Source: Eshraghiella crossota (GTDB lineage Bacteria > Bacillota > Clostridia > Christensenellales > CAG-917). From it: a stretch of 64,000 nt of DNA. The position numbers and the translations under genes were made by a program. This document shows, piece by piece, positions 36,858 to 44,996 of this stretch. Numbering within the stretch: the first letter of the stretch is position 1; each line of letters opens with the position of its first letter. The notes under the pieces were generated by a model. That model was given only the letters and a program-made list of their open reading frames with translations, ran no database searches and was not told the origin of the DNA. The stretch spans positions 18,670 to 82,669 of the forward strand of contig CAVANK010000004.1 of assembly GCA_963590075.1 (NCBI GenBank). The letters run 5' to 3'.

Positions 36858-37580
36858 ATGCAAAAACAAGAAGCCGGAAGAAAAGGACTCGGAGACATTG
36901 CGCCGAAGTTTGCCGAGCTCAACGACGATGTTTTATTCGGTGAAGTGTGGGCAAGAGAAGATAAATTGTCCGCTCGCGACAGAAGTATAATCACCGTGAC
37001 CGCGCTTGTGAGCAAGGGTATAACAGACAATTCGATAAGATTTCATATTCAAAACGCCAAAAATCACGGCGTAACCAAAACCGAGATGGTGGAAATCGTC
37101 ACTCACCTTGCGTTTTACGTAGGTTGGCCCAACGCATGGGCGGTTTTCCCCATAGTGAGAGAAGTGTACGCCGAACAAACGGAAGTAAAGGGCGACTCGC
37201 TCTTCGGCCTCGGTGATCCCAACGTCAATTTTGCCAAATACTTTATCGGCAACAGTTATCTCAAACCGCTCAACGTCAAGGGCGTCGGCGTATTCAACGT
37301 AACGTTTGAGCCAAAATGCCGTAACAATTGGCATATCCATAGGGGCGGTGGTCAAATTTTACTTTGTACGGACGGTGAAGGTTGGTATCAAGAAGAGGGT
37401 GCTCCCGCACGCAAACTCGTTCCCGGTGACGTCGTGTATATCGCGCCCGACGTCAAGCATTGGCACGGCGCAAGCAAAGACAAGTGGTTTACGCACATAG
37501 CAATCGAAATTCCGTCCCCGAACGGACACACCGATTGGTGCGAACCCGTCACCGACGAACAATATGACGCACTCGTATGA
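36858..37580 (+). CDS. carboxymuconolactone decarboxylase-family domain fused to a cupin domain
   Basis: AAAGGAGG RBS. N-terminal half is CMD-like (LSARDRSIITVTALV..HI.NA..HG). C-terminal half is cupin-like (WHIHRGGGQILLCTDGEGWYQEEG..GDVVYIAPDVKHWHGA). Confidence 0.7.
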   Translation: MQKQEAGRKGLGDIAPKFAELNDDVLFGEVWAREDKLSARDRSIITVTALVSKGITDNSIRFHIQNAKNHGVTKTEMVEIVTHLAFYVGWPNAWAVFPIVREVYAEQTEVKGDSLFGLGDPNVNFAKYFIGNSYLKPLNVKGVGVFNVTFEPKCRNNWHIHRGGGQILLCTDGEGWYQEEGAPARKLVPGDVVYIAPDVKHWHGASKDKWFTHIAIEIPSPNGHTDWCEPVTDEQYDALV

Positions 37581-37585
37581 GCAAT

Positions 37586-37617
37586 AAAAATCCGTCGTAA
37601 TAACGGCGGGTTTTTTA
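37586..37617 (+). terminator. rho-independent terminator
   Basis: CCGTCG-TAATAA-CGGCGG followed by T6. Confidence 0.7.
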
Positions 37618-37759
37618 TTTGCAATTTTGAGATACAACCCAAAAGGGTGACACAAAAGTATTGACATTAAAAAAACATATAATATTATGCAAGCAAAAAG
37701 CCAAAAAGGGGATAATATTCCTTCAATATTTTGCATTATGAAAGGAGAAATGGTATAAT

Positions 37760-38314
37760 ATGAATGTTTTTGATGAATTAATTAAAATCGATGAGGATGG
37801 AAATTTTAGCTTTGTTGGGTGGGTTGAACGGAAACACATTCCATGGGGATTATTGCATTGCAAAACATGTTTAGCTCTAGATAAATGCTGGTTTAATAAT
37901 GCTTTAAAACCTAAATTGCCACAGCATAGAAAATGTCACTGCGTTGTAAAAAACATTACAAGACCTATGCCAAACATAACAGCGGAAGCTAAATGTGATT
38001 TGGAAAAATTCACGGGATATATTTTTAGTGATAAATATGCATGGAATGGTAAAAGAGATTTGTTTAAAATACTGGGATTTTCGATAAATGATTCTCAATA
38101 TTTAAAACAAGAATATGAAAATCAAGCTGTTAAAAATTATTGTAATAGCAAGTACACACTTGGTAAGTTGGATGAACACGGTCAAAGAATTAATATTGAT
38201 ATAAAATTTACAAAGAATGGCAGAAACATCGTATTTACTTCGGGGTGGATGGTTAGACCTAAAGGCGAAATTACAAACAATACACCATTGGGAAATAAAA
38301 AGGAGAATATATGA
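37760..38314 (+). CDS. MuF-C-terminal-like zinc knuckle fused to a DUF6883-like domain (candidate toxin/effector module)
   Basis: AAAGGAG RBS. LLHCKTCLALDKCWFNNALKPKLPQHRKCHCVV resembles the CxxC...P.H.nCxC end of Phage_Mu_F/SPP1 gp7 domains. The C-terminal ~110 aa (EKFTGYIFS..GKRDLFKILGFS...TSGWMVRP) resembles DUF6883 as I recall it. AT-rich islet. Confidence 0.5.
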   Translation: MNVFDELIKIDEDGNFSFVGWVERKHIPWGLLHCKTCLALDKCWFNNALKPKLPQHRKCHCVVKNITRPMPNITAEAKCDLEKFTGYIFSDKYAWNGKRDLFKILGFSINDSQYLKQEYENQAVKNYCNSKYTLGKLDEHGQRINIDIKFTKNGRNIVFTSGWMVRPKGEITNNTPLGNKKENI

Positions 38315-38547
38315 AATATTTAGATTTGGTTGAACTGATAAAGGAAAAACCCGCTTACACAAAAGCAGGGGTAAAAATAGGTGATTTTGGCGCAATAATG
38401 AGTAAAGAAGCGGTTGACGGGAAGTGGCAAGTTGTTTTTTCTGAATTTTATACGGGAAAAGACATTGCAGATATCATGGTTTTGGAAGAAGATTTGAAAG
38501 TCCACGATTATGTGCCGAAAGACAAATATCCCGATAGAACTAATTAA
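38311..38547 (+). CDS. DUF4926-like small protein (candidate immunity/antitoxin partner)
   Basis: ATGA overlap with the upstream gene. The 78-aa sequence, LDLVELIKEKPAYTKAGVKIGDFGAIMSKEAVDGKWQVVFSEF..., matches my recollection of the DUF4926 pattern. Confidence 0.5.
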   Translation: MKYLDLVELIKEKPAYTKAGVKIGDFGAIMSKEAVDGKWQVVFSEFYTGKDIADIMVLEEDLKVHDYVPKDKYPDRTN

Positions 38548-38629
38548 AGATATCAAGACAGTTGTTTTGGTAATATTTAAATTTTGTAAAAACTCAGATT
38601 GTAATTGTAAATAATTTTCAAAAAATCAT

Positions 38630-38658
38630 TTGACAAACAAATGCGTAAATGCTATTAT
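38630..38658 (+). promoter_or_regulatory. sigma-A-type promoter for the tRNA pair
   Basis: TTGACA (38630-38635), a 17-nt spacer, TATTAT (38653-38658), 16 nt before the tRNA 5' end. Confidence 0.6.
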
Positions 38659-38674
38659 CTTATAGCATTCACGT

Positions 38675-38750
38675 GGGGATATAGCTCAGTTGGTAGAGCG
38701 CCTGATTTGCATTCAGGAGGTCCTCGGTTCGAATCCGTGTATCTCCACCA
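38675..38750 (+). tRNA. tRNA-Ala (anticodon UGC), CCA encoded
   Basis: Manual cloverleaf. Acceptor GGGGATA/TATCTCC with G3:U70. Anticodon arm CCTGA-TTTGCAT-TCAGG. T-loop TTCGAAT. One U:U mismatch in the T stem (CTCGG/CCGTG). Confidence 0.8.
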
Positions 38751-39028
38751 CAGGTGAAAATACCCGCATTCCGTTGCGGGCGCGCAACGCATCACTTTGT
38801 GATGCAACCGAGGACAAGTCCTCGCTGACGCTCGCTTCGATATGCAAGCACAAGCGCTCGCTATTTTACGAATCCGTGTATCTCCACCACAGGTGAAAAT
38901 ACCCGCATTCCGTTGCGGGCGCGCAACGCATCACTTTGTGATGCAACCGAGGACAAGTCCTCGCTGACGCTCGCTTCGATATGCAAGCACAAGCGCTCGC
39001 TATTTTACGAATCCGTGTATCTCCACCA
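38751..39028 (+). repeat. two identical tandem 139-bp units, each ending with a 21-bp copy of the tRNA-Ala 3' end
   Basis: CGAATCCGTGTATCTCCACCA at 38730-38750 (in the tRNA), 38869-38889 and 39008-39028. The units are 38751-38889 and 38890-39028. Confidence 0.9.
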
Positions 39029-39034
39029 CACCGA

Positions 39035-39111
39035 TGGATTGTAGCTCAGTAGGTTAGAGCACCACCCTGATAAGGTGGGGGTCGGTGGTTCGAGTCCACT
39101 CAATCCAACCA
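39035..39111 (+). tRNA. tRNA-Ile (anticodon GAU), CCA encoded
   Basis: Manual cloverleaf. Acceptor TGGATTG/CAATCCA (U1:A72). Anticodon arm CCACC-CTGATAA-GGTGG. T arm GGTGG-TTCGAGT-CCACT. Confidence 0.8.
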
Positions 39112-39137
39112 AAGCACTCAATAGAGTGCTTTTTTTG
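39112..39137 (+). terminator. terminator hairpin after tRNA-Ile (duplicated at 39399-39424)
   Basis: GCACTC-AATA-GAGTGC-T7. Confidence 0.75.
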
Positions 39138-39424
39138 TATCTCGTGTCCTTTTGCGTGTTGCCACGCACGCTCCTATCGTCGCTCGAACCACCTTTCGGT
39201 GCTGACCGCAAGAAAAGAGAGACGCAAGCGCAACGCATTTGCGGAAATCGTGCGTAGCGGACATAGCAAACAAATTAAACACAAAGTGTTACGTGCAACG
39301 CACGAGGTGCGATAGCACGATTTGTTTAGCGTAGACGCTTCGCTCTTGCAAATATATTTGCTCGCTTCGCTATTAAACGAGTCCACTCAATCCAACCAAA
39401 GCACTCAAACGAGTGCTTTTTTAT
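39138..39424 (+). repeat. insert followed by a duplicated tRNA-Ile 3' end plus terminator (287-bp period)
   Basis: CGAGTCCACTCAATCCAACCAAAGCACTCAA at 39091-39121 and again at 39378-39408. Confidence 0.9.
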
Positions 39425-39537
39425 TTAGTTTTTTGAGGTGAAAACTTCTCGTTGAAAGCGTTGAGAGGATCTGATATAATATTTTATAGTATAATTAAGG
39501 TTGATAAGGTACAAAAGAGGAAAAAGGAGGCGTGATA

Positions 39538-40215
39538 ATGAGATTATTGCTTGCGGAAGACGAAAAATCGTTGTCAAACGCACTTGTTGCGATACTGAAA
39601 CATAACAACTTTTCCGTAGACGCCGTGTACAACGGTCAAGACGCTTTGGATTATTTGCAAAGCGACGTTTACGATGCCGTTATTCTCGATATAATGATGC
39701 CAAAAGTGGACGGAATAACCGTGCTAAAAACCTTGCGCGCGAGGGGGAACAAAATTCCCGTGCTTATGCTGACGGCAAAAAACGATATAGAAGACAAGGT
39801 CGCGGGGCTTGACTTAGGTGCGGACGATTATCTCACCAAGCCGTTTGCCGTGCCCGAACTTTTGGCGAGACTTCGCGCAATCACGAGGCGCAAAGGGGAA
39901 GTGGCGGACAATTCGCTCGTCGTTGGGGACGTAAAACTCAACCGCTCTTCTTACGAGCTTATCGGAGAAAAGGGAAGCGTACTTTTGACTTCCAAGGAAT
40001 TTCAAATTATGGAAATGTTTATGAGTGCGCCCACGCGCGTCATATCCGCGGATGAGTTTATGGACAGAATTTGGGGCTTTGACAGCGAAGCGGAAATCAA
40101 TGTCGTGTGGACGTACGTGTCGTATTTGAGGAAGAAACTCAAATCCGTTGGTTCAACCGTTACGATAAAAGCCGTGCGCAATATCGGGTACGTTTTGGAG
40201 AATAAAAATGCTTAA
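39538..40215 (+). CDS. OmpR-family response regulator
   Basis: AAGGAGG RBS. Receiver domain (LLLAEDE, ILDIMMPKVDG, LTAK). Winged-helix output (LTSKEFQIMEMF, VRNIGY). Confidence 0.9.
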   Translation: MRLLLAEDEKSLSNALVAILKHNNFSVDAVYNGQDALDYLQSDVYDAVILDIMMPKVDGITVLKTLRARGNKIPVLMLTAKNDIEDKVAGLDLGADDYLTKPFAVPELLARLRAITRRKGEVADNSLVVGDVKLNRSSYELIGEKGSVLLTSKEFQIMEMFMSAPTRVISADEFMDRIWGFDSEAEINVVWTYVSYLRKKLKSVGSTVTIKAVRNIGYVLENKNA

Positions 40216-41464
40216 AAAACTGCGTATAAAATTTATAGTGGTGGCGATGGTAGCCACGGCGTTGGTGCTTATCACCATAATCGGCGGAATAAACATCAAC
40301 AACTACGTAAAAATCACAAAAGACGCCGATAGAACGCTTGAAATACTCGCGGACAACGGCGGACAATTCTCTATGCGCGACGACGTGCAACCGCCGACGG
40401 GAGAGGGAGACGGACAAAATCCGCAAGAAAAACCCGTGCCGGACGGAATGTCTCCCGAAACGCCGTTTGAAACGAGATATTTCACCGTTACGATGAACGC
40501 GCAAAACGAGCAAGTTGCCGTCGATACGGATAGAATCGCCGCGGTAGACGAGAGCAAAGCGCTCGAATATGCGACAAAACTTGCATCGAAAGGTAAAATC
40601 AAGGGTTTTGTGGATGATTACAGATACGTTGCGAAAAATCTCGACGACGGCAATATTATGTATATCTTTATAGATTGCGGACGAGAACTCGATACCGTCA
40701 ATCAATTTTTGCTTGCAAGTTGCCTTATAAGTTTTGCGGGATTTTTGGTGGTGTTCGTGCTGGTGGTGATATTCTCGAAGGTGGTTATGAAGCCCGTTGC
40801 GGAAACGTATAAAAAGCAAAAACAGTTTATTACCGACGCAAATCACGAGCTAAAAACACCGCTCACCGTCATAAACGCAAGTTGCGAAATGCTCGAATAC
40901 GAGGACGGTGCAAACGAGTGGACGACGTCTATAAAAGAGCAAGTAGCAAAACTCACCGAACTCACCAACAAACTTGTATTTTTGTCGAGAATGGACGAGG
41001 AAAGCAAGCGCGCGACCATGACGGATTTTTGCATATCCGAAGTAGTCGAAGACGCAATCAAGCCGTACTATGCGGTTGCCGAGTCAAAGGGCAAGAAGTT
41101 TGACGCAAAAGTCGAGAAAAACGTGTCTTTCAAGGGAGACACGTCTATGATAAAGCAACTTATCGAATTGCTTTTGGACAATGCAATCAAGTATTCCGAC
41201 GAAGAGGGCAATATCGAAATCGAGTTGTCCGAGAACGGCAAAAACAAGAAAATCACGGTATCTAATACGACGGACGGCGTTCCGCAAGGCAATTTAGACG
41301 TGTTATTCGAGAGGTTTTATAGGTTGGAAAGTTCCAGAAACAGCGAGACGGGCGGTCACGGTATAGGCTTGTCGGTAGCAAAGGCGATCGTGGATTTGCA
41401 CAAGGGCAAAATATCCGCAACGTCTCCCGACGGCAAAACCATTATATTTACGATAGTATTTTGA
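40208..41464 (+). CDS. sensor histidine kinase
   Basis: Two TM helices, H-box ITDANHELKTPLT, N box LLDNAIKYS, G2 box GGHGIGLSVAKAIV. Overlaps the regulator gene by 8 nt. Confidence 0.9.
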   Translation: MLKKLRIKFIVVAMVATALVLITIIGGININNYVKITKDADRTLEILADNGGQFSMRDDVQPPTGEGDGQNPQEKPVPDGMSPETPFETRYFTVTMNAQNEQVAVDTDRIAAVDESKALEYATKLASKGKIKGFVDDYRYVAKNLDDGNIMYIFIDCGRELDTVNQFLLASCLISFAGFLVVFVLVVIFSKVVMKPVAETYKKQKQFITDANHELKTPLTVINASCEMLEYEDGANEWTTSIKEQVAKLTELTNKLVFLSRMDEESKRATMTDFCISEVVEDAIKPYYAVAESKGKKFDAKVEKNVSFKGDTSMIKQLIELLLDNAIKYSDEEGNIEIELSENGKNKKITVSNTTDGVPQGNLDVLFERFYRLESSRNSETGGHGIGLSVAKAIVDLHKGKISATSPDGKTIIFTIVF

Positions 41465-41502
41465 CAGAGATATAACGATATATAAAAACAAACGCAAAAT
41501 GA

Positions 41503-41552
41503 AGTGCACCCCAAAAGTCGGACAGAAATGTAAAACTTTTGGGGTGCATTTC
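41503..41552. terminator. long hairpin between convergent genes
   Basis: TGCACCCCAAAAGT / ACTTTTGGGGTGCA 14-bp stem with a 16-nt loop. Confidence 0.65.
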
Positions 41553-41570
41553 AAAAACGGTGTCTTCTCG

Positions 41571-42932
41571 TTAGTCTTTATTCTCTTCCTTGTCGTGTTT
41601 GTCGAAGAGCTTGAATTTTTGTTCTTGCTCTTCGTCGTCTTCGGGCACGGGGTTGATATGCACTTTGATTTCGATGATTTTACGGGCGGTGAGTTTGTTC
41701 ACCACTATTGTGAGATTTTTGAAGTCGATGGATTGAGATTTTTTGGGGATTTCTCCGAATTGTTCGATCACCCAACCGCTCACCGTTTGCGAATCAAAGT
41801 TTTCCGTTTCGTTCTCGTCGATGGCGAATTCTTTGAAGAAATCGTCAAGTTCCGCACGACCGTCCACGAGGTAGTTTTGCTCGTCGACTTTGGTGAAGTA
41901 GTTGACCACTTCGTCGTGTTCGTCCCAAATCTCACCGACGAGTTCTTCGAGGATATCTTCGAGCGTTACTATACCGAGCGTTCCGCCGTATTCGTCCACG
42001 ACCACTGCCATATGTACTTTTTGGCGTTGCATACTTTTGAGCAGTGCGGATATTTTCATATGCTCGGTTGCGACCGCAACGGGCGTAACGTAGTTTTTGA
42101 TATTCTTTTCGCCTTTTTCGAGGGCGGTGAAGAAGTCGATATTGTGGATCATACCGATTATCTGGTCGATAGAATCCTTATACACGGGCAAACGCGAATA
42201 GTTGTATTCGAGGAAAATCGCCTTGATTTTGTCCATTGCCATATTGGTAGGCACGGCAATGACGTTGACTCTCGGCACGAGGATATCCGCAACTTCGCAG
42301 TCGTCAAACTCGATTGCGCTGGAAATAAGTTCTTTCTCTTGCGTGTCGAGCGAGCCGTCCTCTTGCGCTTCTTCCACCATAGAAAGCAATTCTTCTTCGG
42401 TTATCTTGTCGTCGCCGTGCGATTTGAATATCTTTTTGAGCAAGAATTTAAGTCCCGCAAATATTATCGTAATCGGGTAGAGTATCACCATAATGACGCG
42501 GATAGGATAGCCGAATGCCAAGCAGATGCGTTCGGAATTTTCCTTTGCCATCATTTTAGGCGTGATTTCACCGAAAGTGAGCACGATGACCGTAGATACC
42601 GCAATTGACACGATACCGCTCACTGCGGGATCGGGAATAACGCTTTCAAAAATGTTGTTGAAAAGCACCGACAACGTGATGTTGACGAGGTTGTTTCCCA
42701 CAAGTATGGTGGATAGCAGTTTGTCGAATTTGTCAAGAAGTTTGAGCGCGTTTTGTGCGGACTTGTTTCCGCCTTGCGCTTTCAATTTTAGTTTCGTTCT
42801 GTTGACGGAACTAAACGCGGTTTCCGTTGCCGAGAAAAATCCCGAAAACAAAACCAATACGACTATAAAAATCGAAGATAAGATAGTACTGAGAGGGTCA
42901 GGGTCGGCGGTTGCGCCAAGTAAGTTGCCCAT
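41571..42932 (-). CDS. CNNM/TlyC-family transporter (DUF21 + CBS pair + CorC_HlyC)
   Basis: 453 aa, AGGAG RBS, four N-terminal TM helices, CBS region and C-terminal transporter-associated domain. Confidence 0.85.
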   Translation of the reverse strand: MGNLLGATADPDPLSTILSSIFIVVLVLFSGFFSATETAFSSVNRTKLKLKAQGGNKSAQNALKLLDKFDKLLSTILVGNNLVNITLSVLFNNIFESVIPDPAVSGIVSIAVSTVIVLTFGEITPKMMAKENSERICLAFGYPIRVIMVILYPITIIFAGLKFLLKKIFKSHGDDKITEEELLSMVEEAQEDGSLDTQEKELISSAIEFDDCEVADILVPRVNVIAVPTNMAMDKIKAIFLEYNYSRLPVYKDSIDQIIGMIHNIDFFTALEKGEKNIKNYVTPVAVATEHMKISALLKSMQRQKVHMAVVVDEYGGTLGIVTLEDILEELVGEIWDEHDEVVNYFTKVDEQNYLVDGRAELDDFFKEFAIDENETENFDSQTVSGWVIEQFGEIPKKSQSIDFKNLTIVVNKLTARKIIEIKVHINPVPEDDEEQEQKFKLFDKHDKEENKD

Positions 42933-43049
42933 ATATACTCCTAAAAATTTGATGTTTTGATAATATCATATAAAATTCGACTTGTAAATATATATCTTTT
43001 ATATTCCTTATTTATTAATATTAATTAACAATATATTAATTTTACGTTA

Positions 43050-43078
43050 TTGCCATTTTCGCGTTTCTTTTATATAAT
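43050..43078 (+). promoter_or_regulatory. sigma-A-type promoter placing the transcription start at or next to the ATG (leaderless candidate)
   Basis: TTGCCA (43050-43055), a 17-nt spacer, TATAAT (43073-43078). ATG at 43085. No SD. Confidence 0.5.
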
Positions 43079-43084
43079 GTCGGT

Positions 43085-44452
43085 ATGGCAAACAATAAAT
43101 CTACAAAAAAATCAAAATCAACCAAGTCTTCGACATCGACAAATTCGTCCAAGTCCAAGCAAACGCAAACGAGCACCGTAGAAAAAGCGGTGAAAAAGGC
43201 GTATAAGAAAAACCCCAAAGCGGTTATTATATCCATAGTTGCGGTTGTGCTTGTTATTGCAATCGCGGCGGCGGTGCTGTACTTCGGCTTCCCCGATATT
43301 TGGAAGCAAATTATGTCGGGCTTTGGCAACGGCAACGACAATAGTGGCAGTATTGACGCAGAGGACACAAGCAAAGTCGTGGGCGGTAATCTGCAAGGCG
43401 TTCTCACAAGAGGCGACGGCGAACTGTTGTTCCATATGATAGACGTCGGACAAGGGGATTGTTTGTATATACAACTTCCCGACGGAAAAGATATGATTAT
43501 CGACGGCGGTACCACAAAGAAACCGTATGACGATTTTGACGAAAACACCGTGATAAATTATTTGAATAACTACGTCAAAGACGGCACGATAGAGTATCTT
43601 ATGCTTACGCACACCGACAAAGACCACGTGAGCATCATAGACGACATTATCGATGCGTTTGACGTCCAAAACATCTATATGCCATATATTTTGGCAACGC
43701 CCGACGTTACAAAACTGTCGAGCGCCGTGCGCACCGAGTTTGAAAGTATTCCGCAAGAGAAAAAGGATATTTTCAAGGATAAAGACACTGTTTCCACCGC
43801 GGAATATGCCGAGTTCTTCGCCGCCGCGTTGAATGAGGAAGACTGCAATATTTTCGTCAATATGGATGACGACGAAAACACAAACAATATCAAGATAAAC
43901 GGTAGCGATTACACGTTCAAATTCTATTGCCCGACAAAGGCATATTATGATGGAAACGGATTGGACAATGCAACCGACTTGAATGCAATTTCTCCCGTCG
44001 GTATTCTGGAATACAAGAGCAGAAGAATTATGTTTACGGGGGATAGCAACACTAAGAACGAAAAGATTATTCCCAACCGCACGGGTGCAATCGATTGCGA
44101 CGTTCTGAAAGTCGCACATCACGGAAGCGCAACATCTTCGACAGCCGATTTTTTGGAAAAATACGATTTTGAGTATGCAATGATAAGCAGTGGTACGCAC
44201 GCCGGACACAAACTTCCTCGACAAGACGCTCTTGACAGAATGAAAGATATGGAAGTGTATCGCACGGATAAAAACGGCACAATCGTATTGTCTGTAAACA
44301 AAAGCGGAGAAATGTTGTTCAGAGCAGAGAAGAAGAGCACTCAAAAACAAAACCATATCGGCAACGACGTACAAATGACGACACAATCGGCGTTGTCGAA
44401 AAAATCCGTTCCGACCAACCTTCGCGGATTGTTCTTTATCAATGCGGCATAA
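43085..44452 (+). CDS. membrane-anchored MBL-fold hydrolase related to the ComEC/Rec2 beta-lactamase domain
   Basis: HMIDVGQGDC, LTHTDKDH (HxHxDH) and KVAHHGS motifs. K/S/T-rich N-terminus and one TM helix. Confidence 0.8.
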   Translation: MANNKSTKKSKSTKSSTSTNSSKSKQTQTSTVEKAVKKAYKKNPKAVIISIVAVVLVIAIAAAVLYFGFPDIWKQIMSGFGNGNDNSGSIDAEDTSKVVGGNLQGVLTRGDGELLFHMIDVGQGDCLYIQLPDGKDMIIDGGTTKKPYDDFDENTVINYLNNYVKDGTIEYLMLTHTDKDHVSIIDDIIDAFDVQNIYMPYILATPDVTKLSSAVRTEFESIPQEKKDIFKDKDTVSTAEYAEFFAAALNEEDCNIFVNMDDDENTNNIKINGSDYTFKFYCPTKAYYDGNGLDNATDLNAISPVGILEYKSRRIMFTGDSNTKNEKIIPNRTGAIDCDVLKVAHHGSATSSTADFLEKYDFEYAMISSGTHAGHKLPRQDALDRMKDMEVYRTDKNGTIVLSVNKSGEMLFRAEKKSTQKQNHIGNDVQMTTQSALSKKSVPTNLRGLFFINAA

Positions 44453-44481
44453 GTAAAAGACACGCAATTGCGTGGCTTTTT

Positions 44482-44586
44482 AGTGATATTGCACCGTAGG
44501 TGCAGTGATATTCTCGCAAAGCGAGAGTGATATTGTTGCTATCGCAACAGTGATATTCGCACTTTGTGCGAGTTGTGGAATATTCC
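44482..44586 (-). repeat. family-A hairpin array, copy A5 (reverse orientation), ending in GGAATATTCC
   Basis: 4 x AGTGATAT with TGCACC-GTA-GGTGCA, CTCGC-AAA-GCGAG, GTTGC-TATC-GCAAC, TCGCAC-TTT-GTGCGA. Then GTTGTGGAATATTCC. Confidence 0.85.
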
Positions 44587-44923
44587 ATATTTCGCTACGC
44601 TGGATTCCCACGGTCACTTCGTTCTCTCTGAATGACAGTCGGTGGGACACCCACACCCGATTAATTTCTCCTTACGTCATTGCGCCAATGTCGAGTGAGG
44701 AAACTTGCTTGCAAGGGTTTCCGAACGATGATATTTTTGGAGTGATTGCATTTACAGTTATGCAAATGTAGCCGTAGGCTTGCGCTGTCAGCGCACAATC
44801 ACCGTGGAACGCAAGCGTGGCAATCTATGCGTTAGCCGCTCAAACCAAGCAAGCGATATAGCGAAACCGTAGTAGGTTTTTTATCCTTGCTTTAAATGAT
44901 AGCGTGTATCGGTTGCGCGGTAG
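44587..44923 (+). repeat. family-C arm, left copy (inverted relative to 46802-47147)
   Basis: ATATTTCGCTACGCTGGATTCCCACG ... GCGCCAATGTCGAGTGAGGAAACTTGCTTGCAAGGGTTTCCGAACGATGATATTTTTGGAGTGATTG ... GCGCGGTAG. The reverse complement is present in the right arm. Confidence 0.85.
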
Positions 44924-44996
44924 TAGTTGCGAGGACAAATGCGGTTTATGGCAACAAATGCATTTGTTGCCATCACCGCGATGCCGTTTGAGCAAC

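Noticed and set aside
38690-38896. 68-aa ORF (and neighbouring small ORFs at 39005-39386)
   Set aside because: They overlap the tRNA-Ala and tRNA-Ile genes and their duplicated 3'-end units. This is not coding sequence.
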